Shown here: positions 28,608 to 39,500 of the stretch, one piece after another
Layout: each line of letters opens with the position of its first letter
Numbering within the stretch: position 1 is the stretch's first letter
Origin: Polyangiaceae bacterium
GTDB lineage: Bacteria; Myxococcota_A; Polyangia; Polyangiales; Polyangiaceae
NCBI GenBank assembly: GCA_050287085.1
Contig: JBNKBE010000001.1
Coordinates: 128,001 to 192,000, forward strand
Reading direction: 5' to 3'
DNA length: 64,000 nt
The notes under the pieces: generated by a model
Database searches by the model: none
Told to the model about the DNA's origin: nothing
The model's input: the letters and a program-made list of their open reading frames with translations, nothing else
Position numbers and translations under genes: made by a program

Positions 28608-30719
28608 TCACTCCGGCAATAGAACAGCAGGGTAGGAGCTAGGCATACCAAAGGCCTGACCAAAAGACGCCATCACGGTGAACTCTGCGCTGTCGCGCTC
28701 ACGAAGCGGAAAGCCCAACGGGGTCGCTACATCTATCCGGAACACGTCGCGATCGATCTGAGGTGCCAAGAACCGCAACCCTGCGCCGCCACCATGGCGC
28801 CAGGTAAGTTTGTCGCTGCCCGAGTAGATGGAAGCCGCCAAGTCATGAAATACCGAAACGCCGAACAACACCGACCAAAGGCGCAGCGGACGGCTGCGCA
28901 GCTCATTGTTGATGGTGAGCACTCCGTCAGACCAGAACGAAGACGGCAGGAAGCCCCGCAGCCGTCCGACCCCGCCGCCAATGTAGTTGTTGTCAGACCC
29001 AACACTGTCGCCTCCAAGGGGAAGGGTCCGCTGCAGATAGCGTTGCGGCCGATGGGTGAGCTCGACATTGGAGACCCAGCGCCCAAGGAACCAATCAGGC
29101 GTCGCGCCGTGCAGCGCCATGCGCACTTCGACGTCGCTTTGCCCCGGAGTCGCCGCTTCCGTCTTCGCGGCCGCGAGGGCACGCACGACTCCTCCGCTCA
29201 ATAGCTTGGTGTAGCTGGCGCTTGCAAACACCCCCAGCATGTTGCGAGACGAAAGCGGACGGAAGGCTGGGTATACGCGGAGGAATACGTCGTGTCCCAC
29301 CTGTATGTCCTCTTGCAGCCCCAGCGTGTTGTAGTTGATAACGCGGTGGTAGGTCGTACTGAAGGCTCGCAGCTGCAGATAGGGGCTGATGCGCCTGTCC
29401 GTGGGGTAGGGCGCAGTCTGGTAGGCGGCATAGGCAAGACGAAACTGCGACTCTGTCACAGGCGGGAAGCGTAATGGTGGGACCGTGGGTGCCAGTTGGA
29501 GGCCGTCGAGCGCCCCCATCGAGACCCACCCCGTACCAGTACCTCTGCTGGCATAGTGCCGCGCCCGTGCTGGATCGAACTCCACCTCCGGACGTCCACT
29601 CGTTGCAAAGTCCAGCTCAGCACCGAGAGATAGATTCAGCTTCTGCACGGTTCCGTACGAACGAGTGACGTTGACCTGGCCCCGCAGCGACTCGGCGCGT
29701 AGTAGGTCCGGAAAAAGATAGGCTGTCTGCTGTCTGAACACCCCCGCAACGTTGCTCGGCGGCGCGCCACGCAGGCCACCATCGTAGATCTCGCTGCCCG
29801 GCACTAGCCAAGGCCGCTGTGACGTGGCCCCCCCTGAGCACACCCGACTGCTCCCGGGTGCCCGCTGGAGGATGCTGTACCAAGATGCCGCCGTCTGCCA
29901 CGACCACTTGGCAAGGGTGGAATACAGGGGCTGACCGTAGCGAAAGTAGCCGCTTCCCCCTTCGAGGGCACCCGAGCGGCAGTTGAAGATGCCGTTGGCC
30001 GACAGGAACGCCGCCACCCGACTACCCCCGACCCGAGGAACATAGTAGCGTCCCCCCAAACTGTAGGTGTTCTGTCCCAATGCGAGCACGGCAGCCACAG
30101 ACTGAGTAGTGCCCAGTAGGTTTCCCTCGGATGGCGCCAGCGTCAACGCCGTAAGGTGTCCATTTCGAAACTGAGGTTCCCAGCTGACGCGCAAGCTCCA
30201 CACGTCTTTGGTCACCACAAGCAAGTTCACTTCGCCCGGCCTATCGGAGCGCATCGGCACCACGAGGACGACGCTGAGCTGGGCGAATGCTCGCAGGTTG
30301 CGTTCGGTCTCCGCGGCCAGGCGCGAGGAATAGGGCTCCCCCGCACCCAGAAGTACCTCGCGCCGCACCACGTAGTCCTTCGTCGTGGTATGAAACCAAT
30401 TAAGGAAGGTGGGAGCTGGATCTCGTGGTTCAAAAACCTCGAGCCGAACGACTTGAATGCGGCCGATGATCTTACCCTCTGGCTCGGACTCGAGTTGCCC
30501 CCCCACCTGGCGAAGCGCGAGGGCCACCGATTCCGCCTCGTAAGGCGACCAACGCCGCACCGATGGCTGTCCCTGGGAGGAGGAACCCGCGTCCGCGTGC
30601 ACGGGTCCAGTACTCGCTAGTAGCGCCACACAGAGTGTGATGCCCGCTCGCCACCGCCCCTTTTGGGCTTCGAGCCTAGCGCGGAATGACCGCGTCCGTC
30701 TCACCGAAGACTCAAGCAT
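28608..30719 (-). CDS. Omp85 (BamA/TamA-family) outer-membrane protein with single POTRA-like region
   Basis: TKDYVVRREVL...ETERNLR POTRA pattern, GGG..RLRGF, NELR, G.GLRF..P, terminal FGQAF strand. Confidence 0.78.
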   Translation of the reverse strand: MLESSVRRTRSFRARLEAQKGRWRAGITLCVALLASTGPVHADAGSSSQGQPSVRRWSPYEAESVALALRQVGGQLESEPEGKIIGRIQVVRLEVFEPRDPAPTFLNWFHTTTKDYVVRREVLLGAGEPYSSRLAAETERNLRAFAQLSVVLVVPMRSDRPGEVNLLVVTKDVWSLRVSWEPQFRNGHLTALTLAPSEGNLLGTTQSVAAVLALGQNTYSLGGRYYVPRVGGSRVAAFLSANGIFNCRSGALEGGSGYFRYGQPLYSTLAKWSWQTAASWYSILQRAPGSSRVCSGGATSQRPWLVPGSEIYDGGLRGAPPSNVAGVFRQQTAYLFPDLLRAESLRGQVNVTRSYGTVQKLNLSLGAELDFATSGRPEVEFDPARARHYASRGTGTGWVSMGALDGLQLAPTVPPLRFPPVTESQFRLAYAAYQTAPYPTDRRISPYLQLRAFSTTYHRVINYNTLGLQEDIQVGHDVFLRVYPAFRPLSSRNMLGVFASASYTKLLSGGVVRALAAAKTEAATPGQSDVEVRMALHGATPDWFLGRWVSNVELTHRPQRYLQRTLPLGGDSVGSDNNYIGGGVGRLRGFLPSSFWSDGVLTINNELRSRPLRLWSVLFGVSVFHDLAASIYSGSDKLTWRHGGGAGLRFLAPQIDRDVFRIDVATPLGFPLRERDSAEFTVMASFGQAFGMPSSYPAVLLPE

Positions 30720-32332
30720 CAGCGTTCATAGGTCTCGTAGACATAGTGCCGCGCGCGCCACCCGAAGATGAACGCGGCCCCTGCCATGAGCGCCGCAAAG
30801 ACCCAGAAAAACGACTCCCAGGAAAGCGACCGAAACCCGGCTAGAAACGCAACGAGCGTATTGCCCAAAGCGGCTGTGAAGAGCCACAATCCCATGATCA
30901 GCGACTTCATTCGTGGCGGTGCTTGGGTGTAGGCAAATTCGAGTCCCGTGACCGACACCATGACTTCGGCAAGTGTCAAAACTAGGAATGCGCCGAGTTG
31001 CCAAACGACGTGAACGTGTTCCCCTGAGTCGAGCCAGCGCTGAAGCATTGCAACGAAGACAAACGACAGAGCCGCCACGAACATGCCGAGCGTCATGCGC
31101 GTAAGTGGCGTCATGGACCGCCCCGTGGCTTTTTCCAGAGCGGGATAACCCACAAGCGTCATTGCCGGAATGAGAAGCATGACGAGGATTGGATTGACGG
31201 CTGATATCTGCTCGGGCAGCACCACAAAGTCGAAACCCAACACTACGAAGTGTCGATCCATACGCTTTGCCTGCTCGACCCAACTACTGGCGTATTGATC
31301 AAAGAGTGCCCAGAACACGCTGACCATCACGAACACAGAGCTGATCCGCAAGACGGCTCGCGCGTCGCGTACGGGGGACGCGCCTAGGCTGTCGACCGCC
31401 GTCTCCCAGAAGCCGCGTCCTGCTTGGCGTCCACCTCGCACCCGCGCCCACGTGGCGAAGAGCAGCACGGTGAGAAAGCCGTCGTCTAATGCGATTTTTT
31501 GCCTCACGGCGAACACCCATAGACCGAGTCCTACCAATCCCGAGCTGAGCACAATGCGCAGAGGCCAACCATAGCCTGAGTAGCCGGGCACCAGGTCCGC
31601 GCCGAACATGGGCAGTGCGACCGCAAGGAAGAAGAACGTACCGCATGCGACGTCCAACACCCCGAGCAACCCCCCCGGCTTTGGCGGAACGTGGACAAAC
31701 ACCCGACGTCCAAGCCAGAAGAATAGGGTCGCGATCCCCATCAAGACCCCCGGGACGGCAAACGCGATGCTCCAGCCGTAGGCCTCTTTGAGCCACGGCA
31801 CGAGCAGGCTGGAGAAGGTCGAGCCCAAGTTGATGATGAAGTAGAAGGCGCCGTAAACACTCGAGAGCCGATGCCAATTGCCCCGTCCAAATTGATCGCC
31901 CACGTGAGCGGAAACACACGGCTTGATCCCCCCCGCACCCAGCGCAATCAGAAACAATCCGGTCGCGAAGCCCTGGAAGTTTCCGTCAAACACGGCCAGA
32001 CAAGCGTGGCCAGCGCAGTAGACCAGCGATAACAGGATGATCGTTGGATACTTGCCGAGCAGACGATCGGCGAGCATCGCCCCGACGAGAGGTAGCGCAT
32101 ACACGCCGGCAAAAAACGTGTGTGCTACGGCGGTGGCATGCCGATCTGCATCCACCACACCGCTCTGGCTAAGCAGATACGTGAGATAGACGTACAGGAT
32201 GGCTTTCATGCCGTAGTAGCTGAAGCGCTCACAGCCTTCGTTGCCTATGATATAGGCAATCCCCGGCGGAAATCCGCTGATGCTGTGATCCGGCTCTTGC
32301 CGATAACCCCGTTGCTCCGGGCTCTGACTCAT
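30719..32332 (-). CDS. POT/PTR2 family di-/tripeptide:H+ symporter
   Basis: EGCERFSYYGM, GGIKPCVSA..GDQF, FYFIINLGS, EFAYTQAP..MKS. Confidence 0.95.
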   Translation of the reverse strand: MSQSPEQRGYRQEPDHSISGFPPGIAYIIGNEGCERFSYYGMKAILYVYLTYLLSQSGVVDADRHATAVAHTFFAGVYALPLVGAMLADRLLGKYPTIILLSLVYCAGHACLAVFDGNFQGFATGLFLIALGAGGIKPCVSAHVGDQFGRGNWHRLSSVYGAFYFIINLGSTFSSLLVPWLKEAYGWSIAFAVPGVLMGIATLFFWLGRRVFVHVPPKPGGLLGVLDVACGTFFFLAVALPMFGADLVPGYSGYGWPLRIVLSSGLVGLGLWVFAVRQKIALDDGFLTVLLFATWARVRGGRQAGRGFWETAVDSLGASPVRDARAVLRISSVFVMVSVFWALFDQYASSWVEQAKRMDRHFVVLGFDFVVLPEQISAVNPILVMLLIPAMTLVGYPALEKATGRSMTPLTRMTLGMFVAALSFVFVAMLQRWLDSGEHVHVVWQLGAFLVLTLAEVMVSVTGLEFAYTQAPPRMKSLIMGLWLFTAALGNTLVAFLAGFRSLSWESFFWVFAALMAGAAFIFGWRARHYVYETYER

Positions 32333-32523
32333 CGTTCACACGGTAGTCAAAGCCGGCCCGACAATCCAACTCCGCGAAACCCTTTCTCCGCAAGGCCGCG
32401 TCGGAGAGGTCTGTGGGCGGATAGCTGTTCCGCTCAGGGCTCGGAACGGGCCCTGCTCGCCTCGCCCCCGGGCGCCCAAGGGTGAGAAGCGGTTGAGGTC
32501 CGCCAGCCTCGTGGACTAGCCTA

Positions 32524-34362
32524 ATGGCCCCGGCGTCGCCGCACACCAACTGGTCGGAGCCGATGCCCCCGCGAGCGGTGCCGGTTCGCTTCCCCCAACT
32601 GCCCCGCCCCCCTTTGACCAACCCGCCCCCCCACGCCCCCGCCTCGTCCTTCGCAGCTGATCCCCTGATAGGGCAGCTCATCGGAGAGCGTTATCGCGTG
32701 CTCGGCGTGTTGGGAGATGGCGGCATGGGCATCGTATACCGTGCCGAGCACGTGCTGATGGAAAAGCAGGTTGCGCTGAAGGTGCTGCATCCATCCCTCG
32801 CGGTCGTCAGCAGCGTCATGGACCGCTTCCAGAAGGAGGCCATTGCGCTCGCCCGCATCGAGCATCCCAACGTGGTGTCCGCCACAGATTTTGGGAAGCT
32901 GCCCAACGGCTCTTATTACCTGGCCCTAGAGCTGGTAGCCGGCTGCAACCTGGGCGAGGTACTGGCCCGGGAAGGAGCGCTCACCCCTGAGTGCTCCGCA
33001 CGGATCGCACTGCAGATCGCCCAGGCATTGGCGGCCGCACACGCTCACAACATCGTCCACCGCGACCTGAAGCCCCACAACATCATGGTCGTGGGTGGCT
33101 CGGCTGCCGTACGCGACGGTTCGGTCCCCTTGATCAAGGTTCTGGACTTCGGCCTCGCGAAGCTGCGCTGGAAGCTGGGCGAAGGAAGTCAACAACCCAC
33201 CCCCGGGCGAGTGTTCGGAACCCCCCATTATATGGCGCCCGAACAGGTGCAGGGAGGCGCGGTCGATGGTCGTACGGACCTCTATTCACTGGGCGTTCTG
33301 CTCTTTGAGATGCTCAGCGGACGGAGGCCTTTCGAGGCGGTGCGGCTCGGCGACGTCTTGACCATGCAGCTGCAGAATGCTCCCCCTCCGCTGCCCCCCG
33401 CTGCCCCCGCTCCCCTGCGCACGCTCACCGAACAACTGCTTGCAAAAAACATGGCGGAGCGACCGGACAGCGCGAGCGACGTGGTGGCCGCGCTCACCCG
33501 CTACCTGGCACCCGCCCCCAGCGCTCCTCCTCCGGCATGGTGGCAACGCCGGCGCTCGATCGCGGGTCTGGCCGTCCCGACCTGGGGTCTTCTGCTTCCG
33601 GTAGTCACATTTCTCATCCCCTTTCTTGTGGTCGTGCTGCGCCGTCCCGCCGCAACCCGGATCGTCGAGGTCGAGATACCAGTGCCCTCCATGGCGCAAG
33701 CGCCGCCCCTGCCGCCGCTCGACGACCTGCCGGCCCTGCTCGCTCGCGCCGAGTTCGGCGATGAGGCGGCCCTGGAGCGCCTGCTAGAAGTCCCCGCGGC
33801 GAGCCGTTCCGTCGACATGTGGCGGGCGCTGGCAAGTGGGCGCCTCAAGCAAAACCGACCGCTACAAGCCCTGATCGTAATGCGCGAAGCGCTACATCGA
33901 AAACCGGAACTTGGAGAAGACGCCCTGATCGCTCGGCAACTACGCGTTCTTGCTTCGGAGCAAGAAACAGCAGCCCAAGCGGTGGCCGTCGCCGCGGATG
34001 CGCTCGGCTCTCGGGGCGTCGATCTACTGTTCAACGTCTGGGCGGAGACCAAGAAACGAACCGAAGCGACGGCCGCTGCCGAGGGCTACCTCGAGAAGCC
34101 GGAAATTCGACAACGCGGCTCTGCGGCCGTCCGCCTTGCGCTGGCGCTACGCGACAACCACCAGTGCCCGGAATCCTTGCAGCTGGTACGACGAGCGATC
34201 GACAGTGGCGACAGTCGCTCCCTTCGCCCCTTGTGGAAGCTGCGCAAGACCGTCGGCTGTGGTGAAAACAAGGCGGGCGATTGCTATCCATGCTTGCGCG
34301 CAGATGACTCGCTGAAGGACGCCATCGAGTCGGCGAGCAAACGCGAGGGGCCGCGTTTCTGA
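32524..34362 (+). CDS. Hanks-type Ser/Thr protein kinase with TM helix and helical/Cys C-terminal domain
   Basis: LGDGGMGIV, VALK, HRDLKPHN, DFG, YMAPEQ. Confidence 0.95.
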   Translation: MAPASPHTNWSEPMPPRAVPVRFPQLPRPPLTNPPPHAPASSFAADPLIGQLIGERYRVLGVLGDGGMGIVYRAEHVLMEKQVALKVLHPSLAVVSSVMDRFQKEAIALARIEHPNVVSATDFGKLPNGSYYLALELVAGCNLGEVLAREGALTPECSARIALQIAQALAAAHAHNIVHRDLKPHNIMVVGGSAAVRDGSVPLIKVLDFGLAKLRWKLGEGSQQPTPGRVFGTPHYMAPEQVQGGAVDGRTDLYSLGVLLFEMLSGRRPFEAVRLGDVLTMQLQNAPPPLPPAAPAPLRTLTEQLLAKNMAERPDSASDVVAALTRYLAPAPSAPPPAWWQRRRSIAGLAVPTWGLLLPVVTFLIPFLVVVLRRPAATRIVEVEIPVPSMAQAPPLPPLDDLPALLARAEFGDEAALERLLEVPAASRSVDMWRALASGRLKQNRPLQALIVMREALHRKPELGEDALIARQLRVLASEQETAAQAVAVAADALGSRGVDLLFNVWAETKKRTEATAAAEGYLEKPEIRQRGSAAVRLALALRDNHQCPESLQLVRRAIDSGDSRSLRPLWKLRKTVGCGENKAGDCYPCLRADDSLKDAIESASKREGPRF

Positions 34363-34511
34363 GCTGAACCCCCGGGCGCCCACGAGCTCGACAAGTGAAC
34401 GGAACGTGCCGCCGTCGATTTCGGTCTCGCAGCCCAATCTCACCCTTTCGGCTTCGCTCAATACAGACGCTAAGCGACGTCCGGATGCCGCGAGTGTGTT
34501 AGGTTTCGTGC

Positions 34512-35195
34512 ATGGTCCTCCGCTCCTGGACTTATGAGCGCTGGCTCGGCCGAAGTTTCACGCTCGCGACGCCCCTTCTTCTTCCCGCGCTGGCAATGCT
34601 CAGCTGCGACCGTTTCGTGTCGGAGTCCGAGCTCGGCATTGGCGGCGCTGACGTGAGCGGCGCTGGCAGCGGTGGAACTGAGGTCGGCGGTGCCAACGAG
34701 GGCTCTGCCGGCAACGGCGGCAGCGCGTCTTCCGGTGGCTCAGAAGGCGGAACCGGTCCCGTGACCAACGGCGGGGAAGGGGGCATGCCGCATCTCGGCC
34801 CCGACGATTGCGGCAGCGAGCGCCGCTATTTCGACCCGGTTCGAGAGCGATGCCTGGACTGCAAGCAGGACGACGAATGCGCGACCGGTATCTGCATCAA
34901 CTTTCTGTGCAGTAACAGCCGAATATGCACCAGTCTCGAACAGTGTGGCGACGACGAAGGCCTATTCTGCGACCAATCGCAGGGCGTCTGTGTCGCATGC
35001 TCGGTTGACCTGCACTGCAGCTGGCTAGGCGCGGACTACCGATGCCGAGCGAACACCTGTATCGCCGAATGCTCCCCGGAACTCGGCTGCGAAGTGGGCC
35101 TCTGTGCATCAGGACAGTGCGCCGACTGCGTCGAAGACACCGATTGCCCAACGGGCGCGGCATGCACCCAGCAGCGTTGCCTGATGGCGCTGTAG
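34512..35195 (+). CDS. Cys-rich lipoprotein with Gly/Ser linker
   Basis: MLSC lipobox, Gly-rich tether, repeated C..C..D.(D/E)C...C....C units. Confidence 0.75.
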   Translation: MVLRSWTYERWLGRSFTLATPLLLPALAMLSCDRFVSESELGIGGADVSGAGSGGTEVGGANEGSAGNGGSASSGGSEGGTGPVTNGGEGGMPHLGPDDCGSERRYFDPVRERCLDCKQDDECATGICINFLCSNSRICTSLEQCGDDEGLFCDQSQGVCVACSVDLHCSWLGADYRCRANTCIAECSPELGCEVGLCASGQCADCVEDTDCPTGAACTQQRCLMAL

Positions 35196-35392
35196 TCCCA
35201 ATCCGGTGAGGACTGTAGCCCCGATGTCGAACGCTGCGTAGTCAACAGCTGTTTTTCACCACTTCTCAAAACCGAGACCGTATGGAGGCTCTTGTTCGCG
35301 CCCCCGAGCATTGGTAGCGTCGGCTTAGCGGGAGTCCTGCCTGAACGTACGCGACCCTTCGCGTACCAGGACAGAAGCCACCGCGATGGACG

Positions 35393-36550
35393 ATGACCCG
35401 GCCCTCTTATTCTTCACTTGTTCGCCCTCTACCGGCCCGTCCAATAGGGCTTTCGTCGCGTCGGAATCCCAGACGCAATAGCGCGTGCTTTGTTTCGGCC
35501 CAGGTGAGCCGGGCGATCCCCCACGGCGGGCTTGCCTGTCGCTGGCTCGGAGTGCTCTTGGCGGTGCTGCTAACCAACGCCAATACGGCGGCGGCCCAAA
35601 CCCCGGCTGAGCGCACGATGGCGCGAAACCTCGCCCATGAAGGGCAACAAGCCTTGATCGACGGAGACTTCGAGACTTCCGCCGAACGCTTCCTGCGCGC
35701 GTCCAAGCTGGTCGATGCCCCCACGCTCAGACTGGGACTCGCCCGCGCTCGCGTCGGGCAAGGGCGCTTGGTCGAAGCCTATGAACTGTACCAGGCCATC
35801 AGCCGCGAAGCGCTTGGACCCAAAGCCCCCAAGGCCTTCGTCCGCGCCGTTGAATCGGCGCGCGCGGAGGGTTCCGAGCTGGAGGCTCGCCTGGCGTGGA
35901 TCACGCTGCAGGTTACGGGTTATGCCAGCGGGGAACAACCCACGGTCAAAGTCAACGACGTGCTCGTTTCAAACGCTTCGCTCGGTATCCGACGCCCGGT
36001 GGACCCGGGCACGGTAACGGTGACCGCCACCCTCGACGGCTATCAGGACGCACGCGCGACCCTCGATGTAGCGGAGGGCGAACCCAATGTCGTGCTCTCG
36101 GTCAGGCTGAAACAGAAAGCCGAAGTGACGCCAGAGCCAGCGCTCACTGTCCCGCCGCCCATTGCATCCGAGCCCGAAACGGATGCGAACCCGAATCCTT
36201 TTCCCCTGCGATGGGTGAGCTACGGTCTCTTGGGAGTGGGCGGCGCAACGCTGGTCACGGGCGGGGTCTTCGGGGCCCTGTCCGCCGGCAATTATTTGAG
36301 CCTCCGGAGCGACTGCAGGAAATCCGGCGCCAACACCCGCGCCTGTCCCGATAGCTCCAATTACCTACAACGCGACGCACGGTGGCACGATCAGGCCATC
36401 GCCGCTGCCATCTTCGCCAGCGCTGGCGCCGTGCTCGCGGGGGGCGGGCTGGTGCTCTACTACCTGTACCCCGAAGGCGAAGACAGCGAGCACAGCTGGG
36501 TGCATCCTGTCGTCGGCCCGGGTTTTGTTGGTGCTCAGGGGAGGTTCTAG
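35393..36550 (+). CDS. TPR + PEGA-like exported protein with C-terminal beta-signal
   Basis: Signal peptide ending AAAQ, TPR (PTLRLGLARA..GQGRLVEA.E.Y), PEGA-like VDPG.V.VTA..GY, two hydrophobic segments, ends GFVGAQGRF. Start probably downstream of 35393. Confidence 0.8.
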   Translation: MTRPSYSSLVRPLPARPIGLSSRRNPRRNSACFVSAQVSRAIPHGGLACRWLGVLLAVLLTNANTAAAQTPAERTMARNLAHEGQQALIDGDFETSAERFLRASKLVDAPTLRLGLARARVGQGRLVEAYELYQAISREALGPKAPKAFVRAVESARAEGSELEARLAWITLQVTGYASGEQPTVKVNDVLVSNASLGIRRPVDPGTVTVTATLDGYQDARATLDVAEGEPNVVLSVRLKQKAEVTPEPALTVPPPIASEPETDANPNPFPLRWVSYGLLGVGGATLVTGGVFGALSAGNYLSLRSDCRKSGANTRACPDSSNYLQRDARWHDQAIAAAIFASAGAVLAGGGLVLYYLYPEGEDSEHSWVHPVVGPGFVGAQGRF

Positions 36551-39500
36551 ATGCTCGGTCCCGTGCGAAGGCTTGTTGTGCTCACCCTTCGAGGTGTACT
36601 CCCACTCATCGCGCTTGCGCCCGCCGGTTGTGACCACTTCGTCGCTGGCGGCCCCGACGCGTCGCTCATGGACGGCGGCTCAATCGACAATTCATCCGGG
36701 GGCGGCCCGCCGATGTCGATGGAAGGCGGCGCCGGCGGCGTCTCGCCCGATGCCGCTCAGTGCGAGCCCGGCACGCCACGCTGCACCGAAAGCGTGTTGC
36801 AGGTATGCAGCGAGGACGCCGTTTTCAAAGCCAGAGAGCTGTGCGCGAGCGCCGAACTATGTGAAGAAGAAGGCTGCGCCCCGCCGATCTGTGATAGCAA
36901 GGAGCTCGCCTGCGATCAGGGTACGCTCAGCCAATGCCACGAGTCGCTCACCGACTGGGAGCCCTTGCTGCAGTGCCCCAGCGCGGACCAGTGTGACCCG
37001 TCGCGCGGGACTTGTGAAGCCTGCGTCCCTGGGACTTTCACCTGCAACCGCCGCGAACTGCTGACGTGCACGGAGGAAAGCAGCTGGCAGATCGTAGAGG
37101 TCTGCGATAGCCACGCGCTCTGCAACTATGAAGCGGGGCGGTGCGATGAGACCGCTTGCGCAGAGGGAGCCACCCGCTGCGACGGCACACGTTTCCAGCA
37201 ATGCGCTGATTCGCTCGATCGCTGGGAAACGATCGAAAGCTGCGTCAGCGCCGGCTTGTGCGTGCCTCGGCTCGGATGCCTGCCCGTGGTTTGCGAAATT
37301 GGAGAGCACATCTGCGACGGCAATCGACTGCTCGCGTGCCGCGCCGATCAAGGGGGATACGAACCGCTCGATACCTGTCAAGGCCCCGCCTACTGCAATG
37401 CCTCCGCGGGAGTGTGCACCGAAACCCCCTGCGAGCCGGGAGAGCAGCAGTGCAGCGGGAAGAGCCTGCAGCAATGCAACGATACTCGCGACGCCTGGAC
37501 CGAACTTGAGCTCTGCGCCACATCGTCCCTATGTGTCAGCGGTGGCTCCGGCGAATTCCATTGCACGGCGCCCCTTTGCGACCGTGACGAATACAGCTGC
37601 GATGGCGCCCAATTGCGTCGTTGTGCCCAAGGGCGCAATGCCTGGCTCGACGTCGAAGAATGCGAGACGGAAGCATTGTGTAGCGCCAGCGCGGACCAAG
37701 GACTCGGCGGGTGCAAACCGCCGGTCTGCGCCAAAGGACAGCACCGGTGTTCTCCTGACGGCAGCGTCCTCGAGAGCTGCAAGGACGGACGAACCGGCTA
37801 TCAGATCGAAGCCCAATGCGAGATCGGACAATGCGACGCGGCTCGCGGCGTCTGCGCTCCGTGTATCGTAGGGGAATACGCGTGCAACGGTTCTCGCCTG
37901 CAGCGCTGTGACGAGGGCGACGGTTGGGTGTTCGTCAGGCAGTGCCTGGCCGACGCGCTATGTGACGCGGAGGGGGCAGGCTGTCGTGAAGCAGAATGTG
38001 AGGTTGGGACCTTCCAATGTGACGAGCAGACACTGTCGCGCTGCAATCCGACCACGTTGCTATGGGAAACGGTCCGGACATGCGACGACGGCACCGTCTG
38101 TGACAAGCTATCGGGGCAATGTGACCTCTGCGAGCCGGGAACAAGCTTCTGCGAGGGCGACGTCCGTCAGGTGTGTAATGCTGAGGGACGGGGCTACATT
38201 GCCCAGCAGTGCGCGGCGGGCCGCTGTACGACCGACGGCTGCCTGGTCTGTGAACCCGGTAGCTTCAGTTGTTCGGGTTCGCTTCAACTGGAGCAGTGCT
38301 CCGCCGATGGCAAGGGTGTAGAACAACGCGCTGATTGCTCGGGAGTGGGAACGTGCCAGGCCTCGCAGGCGCGGTGCTGCGGCCCCAACACGCCCTTGGG
38401 CTGCAACTACGACAATCGTGGCGTGCGGTTTTGCGGGGGCGACGGCGTTAGTGCGATCGTGCAGGCCTGTAACGGCGAGCAAGGCGATACGTGCGTGAAC
38501 GGGTCCTGCGCGAGCTGCGACCCAGGCACGGGCGTAACCCAATGCAATAGTGCCGGAACCAACGTGCAGGAGTGCGTGAACGGGCAATTCCGCGATGCGC
38601 AGCGCTGCGACTTTGGCTGCATCAGTCGCCCAGCAGAGGGCCGGGGCTTCTGCGCTCCAGACTGCCGCCCCTGGAATGCCACGCGCTGCGTTGCCAACAA
38701 TGAATCGGTGCAGGTATGTGGCGATAACGGCACCTGGGCGTTCTCGGCGCCCTGCGAATTTGGCTGCCTTCCCGCCCTTGGCAACTGTGCCCCCACCTGT
38801 CGACCCGGCACCAAACGCTGCGCGCAGGGACAACCCCAAAGCTGCGACGCTACCGGACGTTGGGTAAACGCCGGACCGGCCTGTGCGGCCGAGTGCTTCG
38901 GCGGAGACTGCGTAGAATGTCTGACGGGAAGCGATTGCAGCTCGCCGTCCAAAGCGGCGTGCAGCGCAGCCCACGCCTGCGTCGCTTGCACAAAGGACGC
39001 CGACTGCGGCAATCTTCCGGGGCTCCCACGCTGCGCCGATGGCCTGTGCGTGGCCTGCACAACCGACAACGACTGCGGCCAAGGCGTATGCGACACGCAG
39101 ACCCGTGCCTGCGTAGAGTGTCTTGCGAACTCGGATTGCGCATCGCCGTCAAAACCCGTTTGCGGGGGCGACGGCCAGTGCCAGCCATGCGGCGGGGGCG
39201 GTGACTGCGACGCCCCCCGGGTCTGCGACACGCGCATCGGCAGCGGTACCCGGGGGCAATGCTTGGGTTGTCTCTCGGACGACGATTGTATCAACAGCGC
39301 GCAGCCGCGATGTGGCTCCAACGGCTCGTGCTTCGAGTGCCTTTCAAAAGCGGACTGCGGTCCCGGTGAGCTGTGCAGCGGAAGCGGTCGTTGCGTGCAA
39401 TGTGTTGCAGACGCCGACTGCAAGACAGCAACGGCGTCCGTATGCACCAACAACAACTGCGAACCTTGTACCAATAATGCGGACTGCGCTCACTTGGACG

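Noticed and set aside
30719..32332. POT transporter as a eukaryote-derived PEPT1-like gene
   Set aside because: The same motifs occur in well-known bacterial POT transporters.
38108..39474. Long antisense ORFs (324 and 355 aa) opposite the Cys-rich giant, and similar shadow ORFs throughout
   Set aside because: Expected stop-poor shadows of high-GC coding sequence, with no motifs.
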